Shown: positions 51,608 through 64,000 of the stretch, piece by piece
Position numbering within the stretch: position 1 is the stretch's first letter
Layout: each line of letters opens with the position of its first letter
Assembly (NCBI GenBank): GCA_051294905.1
Contig: CM119373.1
Span: 27,900,001 to 27,964,000 of the forward strand
Origin: Botryllus schlosseri
Lineage: Eukaryota
Length of the DNA: 64,000 nucleotides
Direction of reading: 5' to 3'
Made by a program: the position numbers and the translations under genes
The notes under the pieces: generated by a model
What the model was told of the DNA's origin: nothing
What the model saw: only the letters and a program-made list of their open reading frames with translations
Database searches by the model: none

Positions 51608-53230
51608 ACAGAGTACCAACGCTACTTTAATACATCTTCCTATAAGCAACGCTATAATTTATCACACAATTTCAATGACACTCTTTTGCGAGATGAAATA
51701 TACAAATTATTGATGTCAATTTGCCTTTTCTTATTGCCACTTTCACTTTAGAACACCCCCTTTATCTTGGTGTGGTAACTTATAATTTTGTTGTGGTTGT
51801 ACTTGTACACAACGACCATAATACTGACAATATATAATATGTCATGAGGCTGCACCCTGCTTAATGTGGCTAAGTTCGAAGTATGATAGCAATCCTAAAG
51901 TCAGCAAAACACATGGTGTTGAAATAGCATTAACTGAGCTTCTTTTGAAAATATCCTCGCTACCCGCGTCAGACGAAACAGCCAATTCGCTGAAGGCACA
52001 AATGTAGCTATGCTTCAACTGAGTCTGGCGAAGCGTGTCAAACTTGTTCTATCACTAATTGAACATCAATAGACCGAGGTCCTGTTACTTCAGCTGATCC
52101 TGAATAGGTTAGGTATCATCTTTACAGTCGATATACTTTCAAATCGAACAATACGTTGGAGGGTACCACCTTCCTATTCTCCAGACATCTGTAAGAGAAA
52201 ATCATGATGCCCATTTTGACCATTCCGTCGGTATCGAGTGCGGCGCACTGTTTATTTTGTGACGCATCAAACAGCATTCCGAACGCTATTACCGAAGGCT
52301 AATGCGCTAACTTCATTCCCGCATTTCGCGCAGTCCCGCTACACCGCTCATTGACATCATTATAGTTTCCGACGCTCAAGCTTATTGGGAAGTTGTTATG
52401 GCCATAACAGGTCAAGGTATGAGCACTTTCGCTCGTGAGTTGTAGAACACCCTCGCCGTAACTGACTCATGGCATCATGGTATCGCTGACAGTGCTCGTC
52501 AACAAAGATTCATGTCCCGAATCCAGACCGGATTACAAAGTACTGTCTCTTTGAATATCAAATATCTTTAAGAGTTACTGATTATCAAAATTATATTCAT
52601 TTTAAGAGCATCTTGGCGGTACAGAATTTTAATATACAATTGAATGGCATATTCATATTTAAATGATCTATACTTCTATAGTATTTTCGCCTGATACTCG
52701 TCAGGGGGTAATCGTCAGCAACTAGTAGAGCATTGGAAATAACATTGTATATCAGCAATCGAACCGTGGGATGGACTGTAAATAAATCGCCTCTGCGTTG
52801 GAATTCATTTACGTTTTCAAGAATGATCTCATACTGAACTGTAAAGTTCGTCTTAGAAAGTCAATAGTATCACGGTCCTCAGAGAAATATGTTCTGCGTA
52901 AATAGAAGTGGTAAACAAAATCAGCCATCGCTAATAATACTATTCGCGTGGGCAGCAGTGTATTGTATACTTCATTAAATATCTGTTCCTATTGGGAGCT
53001 GTCTGTATCGTGGAAGTAAAATTATATATAAATGAGTCGGGAGGTTATAGTTACTTTCTGTTCATTGTCGACGAGGTTGGTTCAGACCAAAGATTAGTTT
53101 ATAAAATTGTTATCCATGGCTAAACCCTGTAGGCGCACGGTGTACAGGGGTAAGGGGTTGCGTGTAGAGAGGAAATGGTCACGCAGACTCGATGAATGAA
53201 TGTTTAAGCCGCACCTCCATCGTCATAGGT

Positions 53231-54053
53231 CCGCGTTTCTCAATCGGGGGTCCGCGAAGCCTCAAAATATTTGATAACCTATTTTGTATTTTTATTGTAA
53301 TTTTGAAAATCGCGAGGCAGTTTCGCTCCATTACTAGTAAAACTCCGGAGCTCACATCAGCAGATGAGATGAAATATGATACTTTGTGGACTCATTTTAA
53401 TTGCTAAATTGCCAACTGATACAAACATTTTGCTGTTTAGAGATTTTCTGTTGGGGAGTGTGGAAAAGAAAAGTTGAATGAGTAAGGTCAATCACGGTTA
53501 CTTCGAAATGTTTGAAAAAAATCCATTCTCTCCTGTGATACATAACCATTTTTTCCATAATAACTTCAAGATAAGCTGCTAGATAAAAAAAGACCAGGCT
53601 TGACGTTATATGTTTATTAAAATAATAGTTTGTCAATTTTGGTGCCAGATTTGCTGCGATCATACCCAAATGTGTCGTCTGGCGCGTTCCGCGTTATTCT
53701 TACATTCGCCACCATCTATATTTGTGGAAACGGATTTTCGGCACTCGTTCATGTCAAATCGAAGGCGCGGATTTTTAAGACACGACCACTTATTTCAAGA
53801 AATACAGTTGCAGAATTTGCTTTGAAATGATAACAGTAGTCAACCCAATTTCTATACGTGAATAGTATGATCCTAATTTCAAGAAAAGTCATTTTGGTGA
53901 TGTTTGTCACTAAGGCTAAACTTATCATTTGCACAAGAAAGATGGCGATTGCACGATAATTGAGCTAAATTTGAACTAAAACTTCGTGGGGTTCCGCGAG
54001 GTCCGTGACGGTCCGAAAGGAGTCCGCGAAGACAAAAAGGTTGAGAACCACTG
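53231..54053 (+). mobile_element. Charlie/Buster-type hAT deletion derivative
   Basis: Ends CCGCGTTTCTCAA / TTGAGAACCACTG. Perfect TSD TCATAGGT. Relic YPNVSSGAFRVILTFATIYICGNGFSALVHVKSKAR (ORF 53630-53830). Confidence 0.9.
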
Positions 54054-55119
54054 TCATAGGTGGTGCAGACGGAAAAGTGCACCTTCCCTTATAAGCCCTT
54101 TATGTAATACTATTCACTAATATTTAAAATGTCATTCAATTCTGATGTACAATGTTATTTCCAATTCTCTACACTAGTTGCTGACGAATACCCCAGAAGA
54201 GTGTCAGCCGAAAATATTCGGATTCATTTCAATGTGAATATACTTTTCAATCATATTGAGGCTCTTTACCTCCAAGAAGCTCTTCGAATTCTGATAGGGT
54301 AAGAGTTCGAAACCATATGTTCGGCCCAAAGGCCTCAGACGCATGAAAATTATAAATTGTTATCGGCTTATCGCCACAAGCAATATAACCAATTCATATT
54401 GTCAAATTTATGCCCCTTTAAACTTGTTGACTGACTCTCCTCTGGAGCGAACGTCAGCAAATGCGGTAAACCCATTTCGCAATTTGAGATAATTCTTCTC
54501 GCTGTGGCGTAATAATGAGAAGTGAACAGGCTAGTGAACTATGATAACAATTTTTAATATTTATAAATCAATGAGATACATCACTTATATGGATGTATAC
54601 CAAGCTAAAATAATAATAATCTACATCTGGTCCGGCTAAAATCTGCAGATCCATTTTCACTCAAATTCATACTCAAATGTGAAAGGGATTTGGATGCGCT
54701 GATCAGCACCCGAATGCCGCTCTGCTCGGTTACATGTTAGAGATGCTTATTTCTACTAAAAGATTACGGACGTATACCTACCTTTTTCGTTCAGTTTCGC
54801 TGCGAATTTCTGGGAAGCAACTGTGAAGGTCTCGGTAGAAAATATTAAAAATGCATTCCGAAATGCGATGTCGACTGAAGGTGTAGCTAAAATCGCAGAA
54901 ATTAATGAAAATAATACCGGTCTATCGCAACCCCCGCACACTATACAAAGTATCGTTTTGGACTTGGATATTCTGATAGTTTTGAATGCGTATAGCCGTG
55001 CCATTGGTTTATGATTTAGCTTAAGGTCAGGCGCGTAAGAGCTAAGATCAAAAGGGGTAATAAAAGGGAATAGGCACAAAAATCGCTGAAATTTCTATGT
55101 GCTTCGTGATACCAGGGCT

Positions 55120-55399
55120 CATGAACATGTTTAACAAAATATTTAATTCGGGACTTTTTCGTGCTCCACGCGATTTGCCTCCAGCTCATACCTCATAGTT
55201 ATTGTTTTGTGTATATTCCGAATTCCATATTTGATAAGTGTCTCAACAGCCATAACTCCTTTCGTGCCAACAAACAATGCGTAGGTATTGCAAACACTCT
55301 GGTTGCTCTTATTATTTTTTGATATGACGATAAGGCGGGGGGCGGGGGATTTTTCACTATCATCAAGGGTCGTATCGAAAAAAGTTTGAGAACCACTGG
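55120..55399. mobile_element. Charlie-type MITE fragment
   Basis: Right end gatatgacgataagg...AAGTTTGAGAACCACTG matches the right end of 29332-30536. The left end is unclear. Confidence 0.5.
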
Positions 55400-55652
55400 C
55401 TCAAAATCATAAAACGATTGGGCAAGTAGTGCACGTGGTACTTCGTTACTGCGTGTTTCTCGACCAACATTTCTGAACAAGCCCCACACCCCTTTCAATT
55501 TCTGTCATATATGCGATACTGACGCTGCATACTAGTACAGTGCTCATTAGGTAATGAGAGAGTTCACAGAATATACAAGTGCATGTACAAAATGATTTAT
55601 TTAAGTTGATACATTGGCAGTAGCCTAGTCCCACTTTTCTTTTGGCTGCTAC

Positions 55653-57876
55653 CAGGGCTTTGGAGCCGGAGCCGGAGCCCCGGAGCCGTGTATTTTTACC
55701 GGAGCTGGAGCCGGAGGCAGATCTCTACATAAAATTCAGCCGGAGCCGGAGCTGGAGCCAGTTATTTGAGGGGTAGCTCCGGCTTCGACGGATTTCATAA
55801 GATGCTATAATATATGCAACAACCATATCTGCATATATGCCTTCGCCAAATTAAGAATCTTTTCCTCTTTGGCGCTACCTTTTCCGACTAACCATGTTCC
55901 TGGGGATTTAACAGCAGAGCAATCATATGTTCAATGTTCAATTTTCATACATGAGTGCCGAGCCTCGGTATGCAAAATATGCCTGTGAATATTGTGGGTA
56001 TTCGGCATAACCTTGTTGGTTTACGGTTCGAAAATAATGATCACTATGTATTACGCGAAATGAGGGAGAGGATAAAAATGTGATTTCGTTGCACATGGCG
56101 ATATGACGAGCACGAGCCGAGAAATTCCATCTCATTGTTGCTATGAATCGGATGAGCAAATACTCGTTCTTTCGTGATAGTTCTTCGATCGGGACGCGAA
56201 ATTGGACAGTGTTATTGAGTATGCAATTATGCATGCTAATTGAAATTCATTACTGCGCATCATCGTCATGCACTCCAGTAAGGATTTTTGAGCGTAAATA
56301 GGGGATGGCAGAAGAGTAGCCCAAAACCCCATGGTGTTTTATGTTGGAGACAAATTACTGATTTGATACGCGGTTTCCCATTTGTAATCATATGTTTCGT
56401 AAATTCATTCTTGATGTCTGCTTGATACTCTAGTATTCCCGGATTATCGCGCACTGTGACTTGTAAATGTGCAATGTGCATACTGCATAGTTTAATTCGT
56501 TATGGGCATGGCGCAATGTGCATGGCACAGTGTTTATTTCGATTGTTCGATTCGTTTCAACGGCAAATATTATATTCCGATAATCTTGATCGACACCGCA
56601 TGGACTGGTAACAAGTGCACCAATATCGAACGTCAAACCATTGGCCATTTTGGTACAAGTCGAATTTCTATTGATCACTTCGTTATATCCGCCCATATTT
56701 CTCTTACTACAGTTGCAGTTGAATAATAATCGCACATTTAAAGATTGAATTGAGCTGTATGGCTTAATGTCAACGAGTACAGGGCCAGTGTTAAAACGCC
56801 GCATCAGAATTTGAATGCTTTACATAAGCAATGGCACGGAGTAAAGTACGTTCTAGTGCAGCTATGATGTTGTCGGCAATTGACAAGTATTCATTATGTC
56901 GTCACAAGCCCGCACGGCGGCACCTTTGTCTTCATGCATCCGATGTTACTGACGGCTGACAGACTCTAGATTACTATAGATAACTAACCTACGGGTAAAT
57001 TAGTACTCTATATAGACCAGGGGTGGCCAACCTTTTCGGCTAGAGAGCCACATGAAATCGACGAACGAGTGCGCTGCCCACTAGCCGCGCCGGGCGCGTA
57101 AAATTTTCAAAGTTAATATTATTTTAACTTGGGTATATTGCGGGTCGATTGTATACCACCCGCTGGGTTCAGTTTGCAAGGACAGGACTATCCGACATCA
57201 GGAAATATCGATATCGAAGATATCCGCTAATATACGACAATCATTTTGTGTCTACATTTCATCGTCGACGATCTTTCTGCGAGCGCAAATGCGAAGACTT
57301 TCTCTCGTAATAGCGAATATAGTTAGAATCAATCGGCTAAATCAGGCGTTTTATCATTTTCCCGTGGGGGTAGGCTACAAAGAAAGAAATCGTGTGACAA
57401 TTAAACACGCGATGCGTGAAGAAAAATTTAACCACTTTTTCAGTTTATAGTTACGACGATTTACTAAAAATGTGACTGGACCCTGGATCTGCCAATGCGT
57501 CGGAACTGATATTTTAGTCATCAACATCCCAAGTGTCGCAGCCAGACTAATCATATTTTTGGTTGGCCTTGCAAGTTCACAATCTGAGCAATTCAATTTC
57601 GATAATAAAATAGATAATTTCGATAATATAATGTGAAATTAGCTCGCGGGCTACTCAAAACCTTCTCGCAGGCCACAAATGGCCCGCAGGCCGCGGGTTG
57701 CCCGCCGCTGATATGGACAGACTCCTTCGATAGTTTTCAGAACCAGAGCCGGAGCTGGAGCCGAAGCAATGGTAATAATGCGGCTCCGGAGCTGGAGCCG
57801 GAGCTAATGTATGATAGCAGAAAGCTCCGGAGCCGGAGCTGGAGCAATGTAAATTTGCAGCGGCTCCAAAGCCCTG
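55653..57876. mobile_element. hAT-like shell with GGAGCC subterminal arrays, non-transposase interior and a nested MITE
   Basis: TIR CAGGGCTTTGGAGCCG / CGGCTCCAAAGCCCTG. Flanks TTGGCT(GCT)AC and TTGGCTAC, i.e. a TSD with a 3-bp microduplication. GGAGCC arrays at 55660-55785 and 57745-57870. Confidence 0.8.
57018..57710. mobile_element. Charlie-type MITE nested in 55653-57876
   Basis: Ends CAGGGGTGGCCAACC / GGTTGCCCGCCGCTG. TSD ATATAGAC vs ATATGGAC (7/8). Confidence 0.82.
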
Positions 57877-58034
57877 TTGGCTACTGCAAATTTCGGGAAG
57901 TAACAAACAGAAGACTATGCAAGTCTTGCTCATAGCATTTGATAGGATATATCATATATGTATGAAGAAAGAGGTATTCCGGAGATACAAAGCGTCAACA
58001 TAACAGGGTTTGATTCTTACAACTGAGAAAAAGT

Positions 58035-61000
58035 CTAGTCGCTGTTAAGCGATATAATGTCGGTGATCCAAGAAATGTAGTCAGAAACTTTTGTGTACAC
58101 GCCGGGCGTATCCTTCAGTCCGCATTGATCTCCCCAACTCGTGATGCCCCACACAACAAAAGGCGACAATTTATTTTCTGTGTCGCGTTGGCACGCGAGA
58201 GGACCGCCGCTGTCTCCTTGGCAAGTATCAGCGTCACCCTGTATATGCGCAAAAGGAGTTTAATACTGCCCCCATCCCCACAGGCGTGGCTTGCAATGAA
58301 AAACTTATACTTTGTCGGGCTGACCAAGTGTGCTTTCCTTATAGTTTCACTACTTAGTACTTACTCAGTTGCTGGTTCACGTTTTCGCACCACTTCCATT
58401 CTCGTTTTATACTTTTAAGTTTGCAGGGTAATAAAATGTAATGGGAATTTGCATCACTTTCATGAGTGAGATTGTCATAGTATATCGTCGAATTATCACC
58501 TGTATCAATGGGATTGAACAATTTTCGGAAGTCGCATCTATATACTTGTCGGCTCGTTATAGTCGAGTTGCGTCAGTCTCGAAAAATATACTATGCGATT
58601 TCGAAGGAAATAACCCCGACTAACCGCTAAATGTATGCGAACGCTATGATACTATTTACGTGAGTAATTTTCGAAAGTTATCATCTACTTCCCCTCAAAG
58701 AAGTTTCGACATATTCTGGGAAACGTTACCTATAGGTTTATCAATATATATGTAGTTTCTGGCAACCTCTGTATAGCTCATATATTTTGATATCACCTAC
58801 CCCAGCACAGAGCATCCCATTTTTGAGTCTTGTCCCGTGAGTTGTTCGACACTTCTGCTCGGATCTAATATTTACCTTTCCTCCTTGAAGCTCGTGGGGG
58901 TATCTGCTAGGTGCTAAATTACATAAAGTTCAATATGAAACAATGGATATCATGTAATCGCGACTATATAGTTTAATTGACGAAGCAAGTATTCCGTACG
59001 AGGTGAAAACCGATCCGTATATGCCTAATGTCCATAGGTCGGTGGTTCGAAACTGGGGTTCAATCGAGCCCCAGAGGATCGTCGAGTCATTCGAGTATTC
59101 GGCAGAAGTTACGACACACACCCAACTCATATGACTAGCGATGATACACTAGTCGTGGTGTAATTGGCTGCAGGGAATCAGTACTCGAATTGTAACTGTT
59201 ATGGTGGTACTTTATGCGTAATGACGTACGCAGGAGAAGGCTAGGGATCGAAACCGAAGTCCCGCGCCATTGAAATATCAAATCCATCTCCAATAACGCT
59301 GTTGCGGAACAATTTCCAATGTGAAGCCTCGTATTTCTTAACTGGTCACATGAAGCAGACAGCTGAAGTCTATCTGATTCGCAGCAAACATTTTTTATAA
59401 TCATTTTTTCATGATGCAATGTTAATGAATTTTTTCGTTCGGCACTGTTGTCGATGCAGAGTTCATTTTGTGCACAAGATGCCAATTATACAGTATTGAC
59501 TGTGTAGTTAGATAGGTAGGCCTGTTGTACAATTTTGTTTTTGCGACTCGACGTAATGTTTGGGTTCACCGAAGACTCGCCGATTAACGTGAGGGATAAC
59601 TACATTTGTACTGCTAGGAACCAAGGCTATGGAGGTATCATGTCAATTAAAACATCCAGCCTATAGTACATAAATACCGCAGTCCATAGACTTTTAAGAC
59701 AGAACGTGTTATTGGACGCTAGCCATCACCCAAGTTGTAGTACAACAGCAAAGACTCTACGATGTAGGAAGCAGGGATGGTGTGATGGTGAGGTTCACGT
59801 TCGCTTTCTGTGTGTGATCCTCCGAAATTAAGAGGTTCACGTTCACAAACGAACCTTGGTAGGCTCTCTACTGTGAACCTTTTTTCACTTCATTTTAACA
59901 CATTTTGTTGAAATTTATTGCATTTCAACTGCTGGCCACTGGATGCATGGCGCTGGCAGCATAAAATAATCAACACTAAAGGAGCATGCACCTTGACCAT
60001 CTCAAAAATTCTACTTGCTGTGTTACAAAAGTTTGCTCGAAATATCCTGCTTTTCGTTTGTGAATATTTGGTGACTCTCTGCTGTGAGCTAGACCCGCAA
60101 TCACACAACATCAAGAGCGAAATACACTACATGTAGGTAGTCAGTCAATGATGCTTATTCAACCAATCAATGAAATTGATTTCTGTGTCTGATGAAAAAA
60201 TCTAGCTGGTGTACCAGTCAATCTTGAATTCATATGTTTTATGCATAATAGAAAGCAAATCCGTGCGATTGGGGTGTTGGCAACAGCTGTATAACTTGTA
60301 AATGGGGCAATATCGGTAGCAAGTAGGCCTATAGAAACACTCTGCTCAATATCAACGTAGCAGTACTTAGACGCCAAATATATTGTCCGGTTTGGCCTGA
60401 ACCGTCAAGGCGTAAGCTTATATTTCCTTACAAGACCTCGTCGAAATTGTTGGCAAAGCCACGGAAGATATTGATTTTATGGGATTATTATGCCATTTGA
60501 TTGCCCAGTTGTACTTCAACATTGTGGCATTATGTGGCCCGAGTCTTCGCTAGGTATCGTGTACATACATTGATATAGGCTATCACTTCACTGAAATGCA
60601 GGGTTAGAATTAGCAAAATGACGTCACGTGACGTCATGAGGTTCATGTTCGCGTTCACACGAACCTGAACCTTTCCGAGGTTCACACCATCCCTAGTAGG
60701 AAGGCTTCTATAGTGTAATATTAAGCGATAAATCGGCGGTTAGCCTCGTAATTGATATAATTATTAATAACTTACCCTGATCATACGATTGCGCTCCCCA
60801 ACCGCTTATCACGCATGGGGCGTTTTCATCGAAATGATCCACACTCGGGTCTGGTAAGCATGCCGGGTTGGCGTACTCACTGTAACACAAGTAAAATTGA
60901 AAGGTGAAAATTTCGGCCACCAGTCAAAAGATTCAACCGGCATCCTCGGTTTGGAAAGACAAGGTAGTTTCGGTCTTTTATTACATTTCATTTCAAAACT

Positions 61001-62596
61001 ATTTTTACAATGCTCTTGGTTTGAACCTGAGCTTGTGTGTAACGGAGTACTCGAGTGAGTTTTATTAATTGAACTAATTATTGAGTGACGCGTTTTTCTA
61101 TACCGCGTCCACTTCTGATGTAGCAGTAAGTTCGTAAAACTACTTCCTTTTAAAATCTCTGATTTTGGAAACTAGAAGGTAGTTTAGTGATCAGTTTGAT
61201 GACTGAAATTGTCTTAATAACCGCCTGCAATGACAGCTGTATCACTGTAACTGTATATATTGTTGAAGACTGTTGCGATTCAGGCATCAGGCATTTTTCG
61301 TCAGTCGCGTAGATCTATTTTCTCGTTACGAAAGTAGCTCTCTCCAATTAACCACATTTTTATATTGAAACAACCTAATTGTGTAGTTTCAGACTTTTCC
61401 TCCAGTACCTCGAAAGTAGTGTTGACACGTTTTGAGAATTTCGTCTTCTCTTATAACATAGTTGAAATTCACAGCGTACGGCCTCCTACTATAGTGTAGC
61501 AACTCTGACTACTCTGAACACATCCGTTTTTTGGAACATAACGGGACCACAGGAGGGAGCAATCAACCTCGGTCATTTGGTGCACATAGCATTCCACCCT
61601 ACAAGGAAGTGATCGTCAGGCCTACTACAATGTAAATCATTACAGAACAGGCGAAAAGTTAATGAGAATCGGTAAAACGCAACGACGAAGCAATGTCGTG
61701 AGCATTTTGTGAGGTAACAAAAGAAATAACGTCAAAATAAATAAAACTGAGTTTGATGGAACAAGAACGCCTTCTAACCTACTAGGATATCAACAATGTC
61801 CGGGTTTAATATTTCCATATCCTATAGTCCAGTGTTTCTCAACCTTTTTGTCTTCGCGGTCCCCCTCCACAGTGTTAGTTTAAAGTCATCTCAATATTCG
61901 GACAACCGGCATCTGTCGTGTGTATATATTAAATGTATAGGCTGCTGATGAACAGCAACAAAATGACTTTAAAAAAAAAACTTATTATTTATCAAGAGAT
62001 TAGGAAGACTTTTAGGATTTCAAAGCTAATTTTGTAGATGCATATCTTGATATACTCGGCCGTGTCTTCAAAATCCGTGCCGTGGATTGCTGGATATGAA
62101 GCAGTGCCGAAAATGCCTCTCCACAAAGATAGGTGGTGGTGAATGTAGTAATAATGCTTAACGCTTTTGACGATACCTTTGGGTAAGATCGCGACATATA
62201 TGACACCGAAATTGAGAAGCACATCTTCCATGAACATACAGCGTTCAGTTCAGTTATTTTTATCTAGCAGATCATCCGAAAGTGTTTCTGGAATTGCGGT
62301 TTATCAATTAGAATCAATTAGAAATGCGCAAGAAAATCGAAAATTATTCGACCTACTGAGTTAAATCCCAAACATATGTTGCGAAAATCATAAATTAAAA
62401 CCGGTCAGAATCTCCGTTTTCACAAATCCTGATCCACGCTCATCTCTGGTGGATGAGTGTTATTGGTATGTTCAACGAACCTTGTTTCGACACAGCTTCC
62501 ATTAACTTTCTTCAACTTGATGAGGGCGATGTCATATGGTGGCGAGGTGCCACCCCTATACTCCTCATGTTGAAACACCTTCTCGATGGCCATATC
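58035..62596 (-). CDS. Paralogous trypsin-type serine protease, 3' part only (4 exons; 5' exons presumably beyond the window)
   Basis: Exons 62481-62596 ([13 protein letters not shown]...[18 protein letters not shown]), 60776-60879 ([11 protein letters not shown]...CVISGWG), 58801-58913 (ELQGGKV...GMLCAG), 58035-58238 ([11 protein letters not shown]...TSWGDQCG...PGVYTKV). Intron positions and phases match the 37795-51607 gene; three of the four exon lengths (116, 104, 204) are identical. Confidence 0.9.
59772..60695. mobile_element. hAT non-autonomous element (uninterrupted copy of the 11206 family)
   Basis: TIR CAGGGATGGTGTGA / TCACACCATCCCTA. Perfect TSD GTAGGAAG (59764-59771, 60696-60703). 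Confidence 0.92.
61830..62350 (-). mobile_element. Truncated inverted copy of the 53231 Charlie/Buster family
   Basis: Terminus CAGTGTTTCTCAACCTTTTTGTCTTCGCGG. Relic [31 protein letters not shown] (ORF 62012-62224). Confidence 0.8.
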
Positions 62597-62914
62597 CTTA
62601 ACACCAAGAACATGCGCGACTTTACAGGCTGGAATCTTTATCATCGATTTCGTCGCAAGATAAAACAAACTTAGACCATTTAAAGAATTGTGATCGAACG
62701 GAAGAACAGACGATCTCCTAGCTATGCGATGGAATTTCTGAGGTGTCTGTGGGGGTAATGCATCAGAGCCAAGTCAGACACATGAATATCCACTGGGTGG
62801 GATTTCGAAATTGTATTAGATATACCGCTAGAATCATAGCAATTGGTCCATCATTGGAAACAGGTAGGCCTATATCATTCTAGTCCGTTGTTCGGATAGA
62901 AACCTCGCATGTGT

Positions 62915-63095
62915 AATTGGTGGAGTCGGTGATTTTTTCTGCCGACTCGAACACCAACTCCGACTCCAGACATTTTAAACAGACCGTCTCCGACTCTATA
63001 GAGTATTTAAACGTACCGACTCCGACTACGGCTCCAACTCCGGCTCCGACTACGACTATTTTCCTCACAGAACACCGACTCCGTCTGCAACTACA
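62915..63095. repeat. Degenerate CCGACT/GGAGTCG subterminal-type repeat array (MITE remnant)
   Basis: Many CCGACTC units. Termini not resolved. Confidence 0.55.
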
Positions 63096-63561
63096 AATTT
63101 ACTTCGAAAATTACAATCCACCTTGACGGTTGAATGAATTTCATTTAACCATCAAACACATGTAAACATATTGCTCACGATGGCAGGTATAATTGTTTCA
63201 TTGTGGCACATCTCGAAATATTCACCGTGCAATTATCATGGAATTATTCGTTTCGAAATATTCTTCCTCTTTCGTATATTATAGTTTTTATAACAAAGCC
63301 AAGCCACGGATGCAGCGTTTGGTTATATTTGCATCAATTTTACAAGTGACGTTGTCGCTTACAAAGCCAGACGAAGTATTTACTCTTTCATAATATCATC
63401 ATATAATTCCAAAAATTGCACCGATTGGCGACTTTATCAGTAATTTTGTTTTAGTCGCGATTTGGTTGCAATTTTCTGTCTCTATACAATTTGCAATAAA
63501 TGTCCAATTGCATAAATATCGTTACTAATAACAATGATTGTTAATACATACAAATCCTATT

Positions 63562-64000
63562 CAGAGGTGGTCAAAGTAGTCAAGAAAGTTACTCAAGTAG
63601 AAGTAGAAGTAGAGACGAAAAAATCTACTCAAGTACGAGTAGAAGTACTTCTTCCATAAGCCACCTATAACTACTTGAAGTAGAAGTAGAATTGTCTGAC
63701 TTTAAATCTACTCAAGTAAGTAAGTAGTTTTAAAAACTGTCCTAATTCGTTCGCATCGACTGTCAAAAACTGCGAATTGAGTTATGCGGAAGGTGAAGAG
63801 AGCCTGATTCGTGTTGATACATCCCAGGAGGTATCAATTTTCGACAGAATAAGCATTCTTTCGCATCATGGGATGCAAATTATAGTATTGATATGAAAAT
63901 GCGATATACTAACCTTTTGTTTACTAGAAGACCCCGTTTTAGAGACTATCATGGCATGGCGCCCTCCCCCAAGGTCCGTAGTTTAGTCGAAGAGCAATAG
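63562..64000. mobile_element. Second copy of the 11447 AGTAGA hAT family, running off the window end
   Basis: Starts CAGAGGTGGTCAAAGTAGTCAAGAAAG and is colinear with about 11447-11900. Confidence 0.9.

Noticed and set aside
57633-57935. Pro/Ala- or Ser/Arg-rich ORFs (APAPAPEP, SRSWSRS); similar at 62880-63126
   Set aside because: They are translations of GGAGCC or CCGACT repeat arrays of mobile elements.

Overview
This is AT-rich eukaryotic genomic DNA with GT-AG introns. An invertebrate origin, most plausibly a tunicate/ascidian, is my inference from the peptide precursor below; it is not proven. The ORF track is mostly spurious or shows only single exons. Joining exons by splice site and phase gave four gene models. 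(1) An 86-aa secreted precursor (9218-11072, +) with signal peptide, cationic amphipathic peptide, Gly amidation site and acidic tail, the clavanin/styelin-type antimicrobial peptide architecture. (2) A 375-aa two-transmembrane protein with two PPxY motifs (15613-22792, -). (3) A complete 12-exon, 467-aa secreted serine protease (37795-51607, -) in which a galectin-like beta-sandwich that lacks the sugar-binding motif precedes a tPA/uPA-like trypsin domain. (4) The last four exons of a tandem paralogue of that protease (58035-62596, -). The rest is packed with non-autonomous DNA transposons: about 15 hAT elements with recognisable 8-bp TSDs (many nested), Chapaev3, Kolobok, a Penelope-like relic and tRNA-derived SINEs. 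Two hAT shells carry decayed non-transposase ORFs. All family assignments come from motif recognition by eye; no database searches were run.
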